The position numbers and the translations under genes are program-made. The notes beneath the pieces were generated by a model, which had not been told where the DNA came from, ran no database searches, and saw nothing but the letters and a program-made list of their open reading frames with translations. Of a stretch of 25,157 nt of DNA, positions 1-10,420 are shown one piece after another; within the stretch, counting starts at the first letter, position 1; the number at the start of each line of letters is the position of its first letter. This DNA is from Octopus sinensis (lineage: Eukaryota). The stretch is from assembly GCF_006345805.1 (NCBI RefSeq), contig NW_021835670.1, positions 1 through 25,157 on the forward strand. The letters run 5' to 3'.

Positions 1-248
1 GAATATAGTATACCATCTGCCTAAATATGGATCTACAAATGCAATATCCCTGCATATCTCACATCTATTTTCATTCCTATTCCCCTTCACTCTCTATTTC
101 ATATCTTATCTAAATGAACTATTGCTTAACCATTTTCTCACACCGTCTCCGATGAAGGGATACAAAAATTATCCCGGAAACAACTGTAAGACCTATTTAT
201 AAATGTTCTAAAATATTCACAGCGTTGGCTTTTTATCTTAATCTGAAA

Positions 249-279
<31 letters not shown>

Positions 280-610
280 GTGAGAATTTGCAAAAAAACA
301 AAAGACAGAGACGGGTGTGTAAACAACAAACAGATGTATTAGTTTAACGCTCGGGAAACGAGAAAGTCTTTTACGCTCTTCGACAGAAAAGAACACAGAA
401 ATAAACAGGGCGAGAAAATAGAAAAAAGGGTTAGTGGCTAGCGATCTATCATATATATATATATGCATATATTGTTTACGTCAGTTTGCTTCTCACATAC
501 TCTTTCATTTTTAAAATGTTCAACGGATAGAAAATAAATAGTTTTAATTGAAAAAAAGTCAAAGTAGATAAAGCTGTGGTTAATAGCATCTAAAATATTG
601 GTTTAAAAAC

Positions 611-850
611 AAAAAGTCTAATGGTTACCTGGCTACCTGTGGGACTCGAACCTCAGATTTTCAATGAGAGCAACGCATGAGCTACTATTACAGCAAATTC
701 AATCTTCATGGTAGAGTGCACTGTTTTACAAGCTTTGCTTTTATCATCGAGAAGTGTATGTTGTTTATATAGGATTTTTTCACTTATTACATTTTTAGTG
801 TTCACAGGAGATGTTGGTTCGAGTCCCACGGAGAACCATCGACATTTTTA
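611..850. mobile_element. Small fold-back element with inverted ends carrying two outward-facing Pol III B-box-like motifs
   Basis: Perfect 14-bp inverted repeat GTGGGACTCGAACC (639-652) / GGTTCGAGTCCCAC (816-829), extended by degenerate matches (ATGGTT ~621-626 / AACCAT 834-839; AAAAAGTC / GACATTTT). GGTTCGAGTCC fits the B-box consensus GGTTCGANNCC. Confidence 0.5.
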
Positions 851-875
851 CTGCATTATAATGTCTTGCAAATAA

Positions 876-1105
876 GGCGACGAACTGGCAGAATCGTTAG
901 CATGCTGAGTAAAAGGCTTAGCAGCATTTCGTCCGTCTTTACGTTCTGAGTTCAAATTCCACCGAAGTCAGCTTTGTCCTTCATCCTTTCGGAGTCGATA
1001 AAATAATTACTAGGTAATCCCCGGGGCGTCGATGTACTCGACTATATCTTCCCCCTAAATTTCAATCCTTGCGCCTATAGTAGAAAGGATTATTATTATT
1101 ATTAT
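876..1105 (+). mobile_element. tRNA-derived SINE, family A (central CCTTCATCCTTTCGGAGTCGATAAA domain, (ATT)n tail)
   Basis: B-box-like GAGTTCAAATTCC ~949-961, a central domain, and a 3' end AGTAGAAAGG followed by (ATT)n. Homologous copies lie on the - strand at 10535-10735 and 17618-17892. Confidence 0.8.
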
Positions 1106-1348
1106 CATCATCATCTTCATCATCATCATCGTTGTCGTCTAGTTTGTTCTCAGCCAGAAAAAGAGGCTCCCTTTTCCACACAAGGAAAAGTTCAAAAATT
1201 ACGCAAGAGTCGAATAAGAGAGAAATCTTCAATATATAATTAGTCTTTGAACATCTCTTTGAATTAATGAACAGAATTTGTAAGGAATTTCTGTCATACA
1301 TCTTTTCATATGAACTAAAGACGAGCGAAACATGAAAAGGCTAAAATA

Positions 1349-1503
1349 TTATATATATATATATGTAAGTATATATATATTTATATATATATATATATAT
1401 ATATGTGTGTATGTATATATATTATTTATATATATATATATATATTGATGTACACACATATATATATATATGTATGTATAGATATACATACTACATGCAT
1501 ATA

Positions 1504-1564
<61 letters not shown>

Positions 1565-1645
1565 TAGATATACATACATACATGCATATATATATCTATA
1601 TATATATATATATATTATATATAGATATTTTATATATATATATGC
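1349..1645. repeat. (TA)n-rich microsatellite
   Basis: Direct inspection. It generates the spurious Ile/Tyr ORFs. Confidence 0.95.
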
Positions 1646-2079
1646 GAACAAAAGGAAGCGAAGTAAAATGTACAGATAAAAAATAAAGGAAAGCGTCAAA
1701 AGATTTCTATTTTTATTATCTTATATTTTTTTAATATTATTTATGTTTTTTTTTTAATATTAAATTGTATTAATAAATGGTGGTGGTTGTGGGGTGTCAT
1801 TTCTTTGTATATGAATTTGTTATGGTGGGTCTTTAGGGAGAAAAATAGTACATGGCGTTTATCTGAGTAGGCTGGCTATCTCCTCCTCCTCCTCCTCAAC
1901 CTCCACTCACAAGCACACATACATGCACACGCACACACGCATGCGCCCACTTTAGGCGAACTTTTAACTTGTAGGCGTTAATTTTTTTTATTATGTTATA
2001 AAGAATTTGTGTGTATGTATTTGTACGCTTGTATACTCGTGTGATTGAAAGTATTCATGTCTATATTATGATACACACA

Positions 2080-2195
2080 TACACACACACACATATATAC
2101 ACACACACACATATATGTATGTATATGTACATCATATGAACACACTCATATGTATATGTGAGTGTGCTTTGGTGAATATGTATATATAATTATGT

Positions 2196-2233
<38 letters not shown>

Positions 2234-2460
2234 AATACATATATATATATATATATCTCGCATTTATATATGTATATGAATTTATATATATGATATAATA
2301 TATATATATTTTTTTTTTTATATAGTATAATATATATTATTCTTATATAGTATATATATATATATATATAATATATATATATATATATTCTTATAAAGTG
2401 TATATATATATATACATATATACTCTTTATAAGAATATCTGTATATACAGGCATATATAC
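2080..2460. repeat. (CA)n/(TA)n compound microsatellite
   Basis: Direct inspection. Confidence 0.9.
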
Positions 2461-3062
2461 ACTTATGTATGTGTGCAGGTATATAAAAATTGAGTGTATT
2501 TTATAAATGTGCGTGTGTGTCTCTGAGTGTGTACGTATATGTCTGTAAAAGTATGCGTGTGTGTATGTGTAGGGCTGTGTGTGTGTGCATGCGTGAGTTT
2601 ATCTGTGTGTTTGGACAAAACATAAAATTACGTGTATTAGCATTGTTGTATCTTTTAGTCTTCCATAATAATCGAACCCACTCCTTCCCCTAAATGCTTT
2701 TATATTTGTGTTTGCCCCTTGTGACAAATACGAAAAAACCATCGTCATTAATATCACAGCCGTTGTTTGCTTGTTAACTCATTATACTCGCCGCCGTTGC
2801 TATATTACTCATGTTATTAAAAACACTTGTTTCTGCGCGCCATTTTCATCACTGTCGACGCCATGTTTCATGCGTTGACATGACATCTCGTTCGAGTTGA
2901 TTGGGGCGAATATTGATTACAGCGTTTTCACTGTTATTTCGTAACATTAAATTTTGGCATCTCTGGCTTCTTCTGCAAATACTTATTATCATTACTATTT
3001 CTGTGTTTATTCCCATTTTTTTCTCTTCCAAGTTTCAAACTTCAAAAACAAGAAGAAATACT

Positions 3063-3063
3063 C

Positions 3064-3141
<78 letters not shown>

Positions 3142-3179
3142 CTAGTAGTAGTAGTAGATGTTGTTGTTGTTTTTGTTGC

Positions 3180-3233
<54 letters not shown>

Positions 3234-3368
3234 CCTTATTATTATTAGTAGTATTAGTAGTAGTAGTAGTAGTAGTACTAGTAGTAGTAGTAGTACTAGT
3301 AGTAGTAGTAGTAGTAGTAGTACTAGTAGTAGTAGTACTAGTAGTAGTAGTAGTAGTAGTAGTAGTAC

Positions 3369-3407
<39 letters not shown>

Positions 3408-3455
3408 ATGTTGTTGTTGTTTTTGTTGCTGTTATTATTATTATTATTATTATTA

Positions 3456-3501
<46 letters not shown>

Positions 3502-3513
3502 CATCATTATTAT
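3063..3513. repeat. Compound (TAG)n/(TGT)n/(TAT)n trinucleotide array, internally duplicated
   Basis: The junction GTAGATGTTGTTGTTGTTTTTGTTGCTGTTATT occurs twice (~3154 and ~3403). Confidence 0.95.
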
Positions 3514-3935
3514 TGAGTGAGAGAGCAGTGCATGCCATCAAAGTGACACTGGGGTAAAATATACGAAGCCCAGTATACCCATCATGACAACCCGTCTGAT
3601 AAGGGTACACTAAGCACATACATCACAACCATGTGCGTGCGACATTGTGATCTTATATCAAGATAGACAGCGCATGGCCTTGCATGTTGGACCCAGTTAG
3701 AATTTTATTTTGGTCGAGTAACCTATCACGCTCAAAAGGTCCCTGAATAAGGGTTGTTTAAGGATGTTGAACGAAACACCCATGTTTCCAGAGGTGAATT
3801 ATTCAAACCCCAAAGAATCCCTCTCAACACATGGATATGATGCTCCCCCACTACTTCTGCTCGTGATCAGATATGCAAATATGGTCAGCCAATAAGGGAC
3901 ATGCTCAACTGGTTAAGGTCAAACAACTGGCAAAC
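3513..3935 (-). mobile_element. Interspersed repeat ending in an (AAT)n tail (probable 3' end of a retroelement), copy 1
   Basis: Reverse complement of 4013-4400. On the - strand it ends CTGCTCTCTCACTCAA and runs into (TAA)n. Orientation is inferred from the tail. Confidence 0.7.
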
Positions 3936-4012
3936 AGATAATATCATATAATAAATAATAATAATAATAATATAATAATAATAATAATAATATATAATAA
4001 TAATAATAAATA

Positions 4013-4400
4013 GCAATGTCCCTTAGTGGCTGACGATATGTGCACTCTGATCACGAGCAGAAGTAGTGGGGGAGCATCATAGCCATGTGTTGAGAGGGAT
4101 TCTTGGGGTTTGAATAATTCACCTCTGGAAACATGGGTGGGTTCTTTCAACATCCTTAAACAACCTTATTCAGGGACCTTTTGAGCGGGATGGGCTACTC
4201 AACCTGAAGAAAATTCTAACTGGGGCCCCACCTGCAAGGTCATGTGCTGTTTATCTTGATATGAAATCACCATGTCGCGCACATATGGTTGTGATGCAGT
4301 GCCTGGTGTACCCTTATCAGACGGGTAGTCATGATGGTACATTGGGCTTCGTATATTTTACCCCAGTGTCACTTTGATGGCATGAACTGCTCTCACTCAA
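4013..4400 (+). mobile_element. Same interspersed repeat, copy 2, flanked on both sides by (TAA)n
   Basis: Roughly 85-90% identical by eye to the reverse complement of 3513-3904. Ends CTCACTCAA followed by (TAA)n to 4465. Confidence 0.7.
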
Positions 4401-4419
4401 ATAATAAACAATAATAATA

Positions 4420-4467
<48 letters not shown>

Positions 4468-4477
4468 AGAGAAAAAA

Positions 4478-4592
4478 AGATGGCTATGGACGACTAAAAG
4501 TGATTTAAAACCGGAAACGGAGGCTCTAATCTGCGCTGCCCAAGAGCAAGCATTATGAACCAGTTGCATCAAATACAGAATAGACATAAAGG
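4478..4592 (+). pseudogene. Fragment of an RLE-clade (R4/Dong/Rex6-like) non-LTR retrotransposon ORF, region between RT and the zinc knuckle
   Basis: My translation is RWLWTTKSDLKPETEALICAAQEQAL*TSCIKYRIDIK, which resembles the ETEALI.AAQEQAL.T..IK..ID motif of R4-clade elements. It has one in-frame stop and directly follows (TAA)n. Confidence 0.75.
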
Positions 4593-4899
4593 GGTGGTCA
4601 TGAACGGAATTCCTTTACTCACAGGCATGTTCCATGAAGCAGATTGGGATTAAAAAGTATCAACAGCTGCAAGCAGCAGCAACAGTAACAACAGCAACAA
4701 CAACAACAGAATTTATAACAAAAATGCAACAGCTAACAATGATAATTAATTATTAACATAACTAAGTTGAAGACATCGAAAATAAAGGATGTCTTAATAC
4801 TTTGACAAAAACTCAAAAGCAGGAATTTGTGTAGGGAGAACCGTGTGCGTTCGCGCGCGCGCGTGTGTGTGTAAAAATAGATAGAGATATACTGTCTTT

Positions 4900-5119
4900 C
4901 TCTCTTTTTGTTGTTTCAATCATTTGACAGCGGCCATGCTGGAGCACCGCCTTAAGTCGAGCAAATCGACCCCAGGACGTATTCTTTGTAAGCCTAGTAC
5001 TTATTCCATCGGTCTATTTTGCTGAACCTCTTGGTTACGGAGACGTAAACACACCACCATCGGTCGTCAAGCGATGTTGAGGGGACAAACACAGGCACAC
5101 ACACACAGACACACGCACA

Positions 5120-5154
<35 letters not shown>

Positions 5155-5170
5155 CACACACACACACACA

Positions 5171-5213
<43 letters not shown>

Positions 5214-5369
5214 TACGACAGGCTTCTTTCAGTTTCTGTCTACCAAATCCACTCAGAAGGCTTTGGTCGGCCCGAGGTTATATTAGAAGACACTTGTCCA
5301 AGGTGCCACGCAGTGGAAATGAACCCAGAACCATGTGGTTGGTAAGCAAGCTACTTACCACACAGTCAC
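4900..5369 (-). mobile_element. Full-length CORE-type tRNA-derived SINE (OR2-like) with internal microsatellite
   Basis: On the - strand: head GTGACTGTGTGGTAAG...GGTTCTGGGTTCATTTCC, CORE-like CCTTGGACAAGTGTCTT, internal (TA)/(TG) tract, and 3' end GGCGGTGCTCCAGCATGGCCGCTGTCAAATGATTGAAAC. Homologues at 17963, 18312, 20641 and 22231. Confidence 0.85.
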
Positions 5370-5389
5370 CTTTCTTTATATATATATAT

Positions 5390-5600
5390 ATCAAAATGTG
5401 ACCTCGTGTGTACCGTTGGCGATTTTTTTCCTCTGTCTTCCCTTCTCTGGATCTTTCCTTCTCCTATGTTTCCGACGAACAGCTCCGCTTGAAACGTTAA
5501 ACCCTCCTTCTTCCCTTCTTTCCTGAGCGTCCAATAATACTATATTTGTTCCACGTCCTCGCGTTGTTGTGTTTTTGTGTTTTCTGTTTGGATTCACATA
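5390..5600 (+). mobile_element. Penelope-like element terminal (pseudo-LTR-type) fragment inserted in (TA)n
   Basis: Contains a minimal type-I hammerhead-like motif (5468-5502), is pyrimidine-rich, and is flanked by TA-rich repeats on both sides. The assignment rests on the known association of minimal hammerheads with Penelope-like elements. Confidence 0.6.
5468..5502 (+). ncRNA. Degenerate minimal type-I hammerhead ribozyme motif
   Basis: Stem I GTTT/AAAC; core CCGACGA (consensus CUGANGA, U4 changed to C); extra A; stem II CAGC-TCC-GCTT (one mismatch); GAAA; loopless palindromic stem III AC/GT; cleavage triplet GUU. Confidence 0.6.
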
Positions 5601-6062
5601 ATATATTATAATATATATATTAGATATTTATATTATTAATACTATATTATATTAATTATATTATATTATATTATATTATATGCTTTATATCCTTGTGTAG
5701 TAAAGGCATGTAATGGGAGAGGGTCTAGAGATTAGTAAATATAAGAAAGCTGTTTGCCGAGGATTTGGCAATATCGATATATCTGTAATATCTATATCGG
5801 TTCAGTGAGGAGATAAATTAGACTGTAGGGTGGTGGTCGCAGTTGGGTGAGTGTTATGGTGAACGTTCGATTGACAGACTGCTCTGACGGAACAGACTCA
5901 CACACAAACACACATGCAGGCACATACACACACTCATACATTTAAACATGTCTATCTATCTTTCTATATATACACGTGCATATATGTGTGTACGTATGTA
6001 TATATATATATATATATATACATGCATATATACATATATGTATATATGTATGTATACACATT

Positions 6063-6103
<41 letters not shown>

Positions 6104-6186
6104 ATGTATACACACATATATATATGTGTGTGTGCGTGTGCCTGTTTATATGTATACATATATGCATGTATACACATACACACACA

Positions 6187-7451
6187 GAGGGTAAGGATGG
6201 TATTTGAGGACAGATTTACGGTAAAAAACGCTTATATAATAATAGAAAAAATTTGTATTTTTATAAAAATAACACAAACATAAAACTAAATTATCAATTT
6301 AATAAATTCATTCAATTATACTACTGTATGCATCAATAACTGCCTCTATGCAGGGTCAAAACCGTTTACAAGCTCGGATTAAGTGGTCCTTGTTCATATC
6401 AGATATGACTCGAACTATGGCGGCTTTCAAAGAATCCTTGGTGTTAAGGGAGTGTTCATTGATATTTTTTTCTACGATGCTCCATACATAGTAGTCCAGT
6501 AGATTGAGGTCTGGAGGAATGAGGAGGCCAAATGTTGGGGATGGTGAGATCATGCAAATTCTCCATAATCCATTCTTGTATCATTTGAACCTTGTGTGGT
6601 GGTGCAGAATCTTGTTGAAAGACATATGGCCTTCTATTGTGTACACTGCTGATTCAAGGCTTAACAACTTTATCCAGAACCTCACTATACGTAGCCGCAT
6701 TCACCATAAGACCTTGTGGGAAATAGTGAGGAGGCATCATATGTTTTTCATTACTAATAACACCCAAAACCATGACACTTGCCGGAAATTTTTGTGCATT
6801 ACTCTTGGAACCTTGGAATGGTCTGCACATATCCATCTGTCATTTCTTCTGTTAGTTTTCTGGTCCTGGTCAGATTTTTTCACATCTGAGAGAAGCCAAA
6901 TTACACCATCTTCTGATGAAATTTTAAGTTGTTCAAAAGTCTTTTAGATCTGATTAAATGGTTTTCTTTTATTTTTTTTCTGACATAAATTGATCTCTAC
7001 TCATCACTCATCACATAAATTGATCTCTACTCCTCTCTACTCATGATGTCTTCATGCACAACATTTCTGATTGTTTTATTCTGGCACACGAATTTTTTTT
7101 GCAATTGACCTCATTGATTTTCCTGGACTGTGTTCAATATTTTGCTTAATTTCCTTAACATATTCAGGTGTCCTGATAGAATCAGAGCCTTCGGAATGTT
7201 TTTATGCCTTGATACAGGTAATACGCTTCCTCATTCTTTCTCTAACTCACACCGAATCTTGTGGACAAAAAATCTTACAACTTTCAGGAAACGACAAATT
7301 TCTAAATCACTATGCTTAGCCTTCAAAGCCACAATCATAGAATGCCTTTTCATTTCATTAGTAAGGATAGAGCCAGTCCAGAAGTTCAATAAAAATTAGT
7401 CAAATAAAATGACTAAAAATGCATGTGTCTGCAAATACCGTCCGCACCCTG
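6187..7451 (-). mobile_element. Full-length decayed maT (DD37D, Tc1/mariner superfamily) DNA transposon
   Basis: TIRs AGGGTAAGGATGGTATTTGAGGACAGAT (6188-6215) and the reverse complement of 7423-7451 (CAGGGTGCGGACGGTATTTGCAGACACAT). Length is about 1.27 kb, with a transposase remnant inside. Confidence 0.9.
6356..7353 (-). pseudogene. maT/DD37D transposase pseudogene (stops and frameshifts)
   Basis: N-terminus MKRHSMIVALKAKHSDLEICRFLKV; FFSDEK; KFPASVMVLGVISNE..MPPHYFPQGL; YVFQQDSAPPH...WPPHSPDLNLLDYYVW after removing a 1-bp insertion. I count 37 residues between the second and third catalytic Asp. Confidence 0.9.
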
Positions 7452-7453
7452 TC

Positions 7454-7710
7454 CTGACTTGTGTGCATATCTGTTTTGACTCGTGCGCATGTCTGTTCTG
7501 ATTCTTGCACTTGTCTGTTCTGACTCGTGAGCATGTCTTTTCTAATCGCGCGCATGTCTCCTCTGATTCATGCTCTTGTCTGTCCTGATTCGTGTGCATG
7601 ACTCCTCTAACTGGTGCGCATGCCTCTCCTGATTCATGCTCTTGTCTGTCCTGATTCCTGTGCATGACTCCTCTAACTGGTGCGCATGCCTCTTCTGACT
7701 CATGACTCCT
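7454..7710. repeat. 22-bp minisatellite (~11.7 units) with a 66-bp three-unit higher-order repeat
   Basis: Units start at 7454, 7476, 7498, 7520, 7542 (21 bp), 7563, 7585, 7607, 7629, 7651, 7673 and 7695. Segment 7563-7628 recurs almost exactly at 7629-7694. Confidence 0.9.
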
Positions 7711-7717
7711 TCACAAG

Positions 7718-7917
7718 ATCCCCAACTGCGGGCCATACCGTGCTCAACGCCTGTCAGGGCAACCAAAGAAGCTGTTCAAAGACCCGCCGAAAATTATTTT
7801 CAAAATGAGCAGCATCGAACCTTCCAGGGTTGAAGGACACATCTGCGCCGCGGCAATCAACGACGAGGTGGAAGGGAAATTAAAGATCGGGAGGGCAAAG
7901 GAACTCGGTTTTGTCAG
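7718..7917 (+). CDS. Putative internal coding exon of an unidentified protein (IPNCGPYRAQRLSGQPKKLFKDPPKIIFKMSSIEPSRVEGHICAAAINDEVEGKLKIGRAKELGFV)
   Basis: GC-richer island of complex sequence. Acceptor CTCCTTCACAAG (7716-7717) and donor AG|GTAAAA (7918). The frame is open across the exon and closed by stops just outside it (TGA 7703, TAA 7919-7921). Phase 0 in, phase 2 out. Not in the ORF track because it has no start codon. Confidence 0.6.
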
Positions 7918-8083
7918 GTAAAAAAGGGAACAAACGTAGGAAATGATGCACGCACGCATATTTACTGCTAATCTCCCCAATCCAGTCAATTGCTTATTTT
8001 ACATGTTCTCTCTGTTATCGAAGATCAATATCAAGGATTGGATTGTGTGATTTATCACGGGATCCACAAATGAAGAAATAGAT

Positions 8084-8227
8084 CATCATCATTATCATCA
8101 CCATCATCATTATCGTCATCGTCATCGTCATCATCAACATCATCACCATCGTCATCGTCATTGTCATTATTATCGTCGTCGCCATCGTAATCATCATCAT
8201 CATCACCACCACCACCACCATCACAAC

Positions 8228-8284
<57 letters not shown>

Positions 8285-8321
8285 AATCATCATCATCATC
8301 ATCATCATCATAATCATTATT

Positions 8322-8354
<33 letters not shown>

Positions 8355-8500
8355 GACATCAGCGTCGTCGTCGTCGTCATCCTCATCGTCGTCGTCATCA
8401 TCATCATCACCATTATCATCAACCACTATCACCACCACCACCGCCGTCTCCACCACCACCACCACCAACACCTCCACCACCACCATAATCATAATCATCT
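8084..8500. repeat. (CAT)n/(CAC)n trinucleotide array
   Basis: Direct inspection. Confidence 0.95.
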
Positions 8501-8934
8501 GATGATTCCAAAAGCAAATATGCAATATATATATGTGCACCTGCGCGCATGCGCGTATTTTTGTGTATGTGTGTGTGTGCGTGTGTGTTTGTGTGTTTGT
8601 GTTTGCGTGCCTATATGTCTCTATATTATGCAGTCGCACGCACCAATATGTACAGCCGCAAGACATGCAGAATCACAAATATATTTGATGGGTGATTAGA
8701 TGACAAAAGAATAGACACTTGAAAGCGAGATGTGAGTGTTTAGCTTGGCGAGAATGAAGGTGGGGGGAGGCCGTTAATATTCTCATCTGGCAGTTTTGTC
8801 TTTATTTGTATGAAGAAGTAAGGAGTTATTAGTTAGCGAAGGAAACAAACGCTTAGGTAAACTGACAATCACGTGATGTGGCGCTAGCTGCGTATGAGTG
8901 TCGGCTGCACGGAGGTGTGGATATTGCTCTGACT

Positions 8935-9103
8935 TGACTGTGTGTGTATGTGTAGGTGTTTGTGTGTGAGTGTGTGCAAGTGTGTGTGTATATACGTATG
9001 TATGTATGTATGAATGTATGTATGTATGTGTGTATATATATAGATAGATAGATACATATAAATACATACGAGCGAACAGACAATTACATTTATATCGACG
9101 ATA

Positions 9104-9168
<65 letters not shown>

Positions 9169-9335
9169 GTGTGTGTGGGGTGCGTGTGTGTGTGGTGTGT
9201 ATGTATGTTGTATGTATGTGTGTGTATTGGTATATTGATATATACATATAAATGCAACATATATGTATTTACATGTATACATAGACAGACAGATAGACCG
9301 ATAGCTAGCTAGCAAGCTAGATAGATAGATAGGGT
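8935..9335. repeat. (TG)/(TATG)/(TA)/(TAGA) compound microsatellite
   Basis: Direct inspection. Confidence 0.9.
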
Positions 9336-9759
9336 GAGGTTGTGTATATGTGAAGATGTGTGTGTGTGTATGTTTCTATAAAACACACACACACAAATCT
9401 TCACATATACACACACAATTACATAGAGCAAGAGGGAAGGAGGACCACATGTGTAGGTGCACATATCGAGGTCTGTGAGCGTACGAGGTGCTTTGCAACG
9501 CCATGTATTGACCGTAGAAGAACTGGAATGAGGGGGACGGGAAGAGGGAGAATGGGGCGGAGAGATAGAGGGAGAGAGTGAGTTTTTGTTCCGTGGACTG
9601 CCAAAGATATTGGCAGAAACTTAGGTAGATGCTGTAAACAAAGTGTGAAGCTGGTTCGAATTGAGAAAGGGTGGGTCGGTGGATAAGTCGTCGGTGGGTC
9701 GGAGGGAAAGCACAAACATTGATTTCATTTTGGCACAAGATTGACGTAGAAGCTGAAAA

Positions 9760-10420
9760 AGAGAAGAAGAAGAAGACGAAGAAGAAGAAGAGACAGAGAA
9801 GAAGAAGGAAGGAGGAAGAAGGAAGAAGAGGGGGAAATGAAGAAGAAGCAAGAAGGCTAGAAGAAAAGCAGAGAAGAAGAAGAAGAAGAACAGAAAAGAA
9901 GAAGCAGCCAAGAAGAAGAAGAAGAAAGAAGAAGAAGAAAGAAGAAGAAGAAAGAAGAAGAAGAAGAAGAGAAGAAGAAGAAGAAGAGAAGAGAAGAAGA
10001 AGAAGAAGATGAGAAAGAAAGAAGAAGAAGAAGAAGAAGCAAAGAAAGAAAGAAGAAGAAGAGAAAGAGAAGAAGAAAGAAGAAGACAGAAGACATAAGA
10101 AGTAGAAACTTCAAGAGCAGTACCCGAGCTAGAGAAGAGAAGAAGTAAAGAAGAGAAGAAGAAGAAGAAAGGAAGAAAGAAGAAGAGAAGAAGAGAAGAA
10201 GCGAAGAAAGAAGAAGAACAGAAAGAAGAAAGACGAAGAAGATGAGAGAAGAAGCAGATGTAGAAGAGAAGAAGAAGAAGAAGAAGAAGAAGAGAAAGAG
10301 AGAAGGATTAAATAAAAGAGGGAAGAATAAAGAAGAAGAAAAAGTAAGAATTAGAAGAAGATAAAGAAAGAAGGATAGAAGAGAAGAAGAAGAAGAGAAG
10401 AAGAAGAAAAGAATCGATTG
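9760..10420. repeat. (GAA)n-rich polypurine tract
   Basis: About 660 bp of almost pure A/G on the + strand. Confidence 0.95.

Noticed and set aside
4625-4656. Candidate exon after the acceptor-like TTTACTCACAG
   Set aside because: The frame needed to join the 7718 exon hits TAA, and the donor is weak.
5806-5846. Candidate exon ending at a GTGAGT donor
   Set aside because: There are stops in all three frames from the obvious acceptor.
7396-7766. Repetitive - strand ORFs over the minisatellite, and a possible CRISPR-like array
   Set aside because: The unit is 22 bp (not a codon multiple), units are contiguous with no unique spacers, and the context is eukaryotic.
7744-7989. 81-aa - strand ORF
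   Set aside because: It is the antisense mirror frame of the + strand exon; the splice signals fit the + strand.
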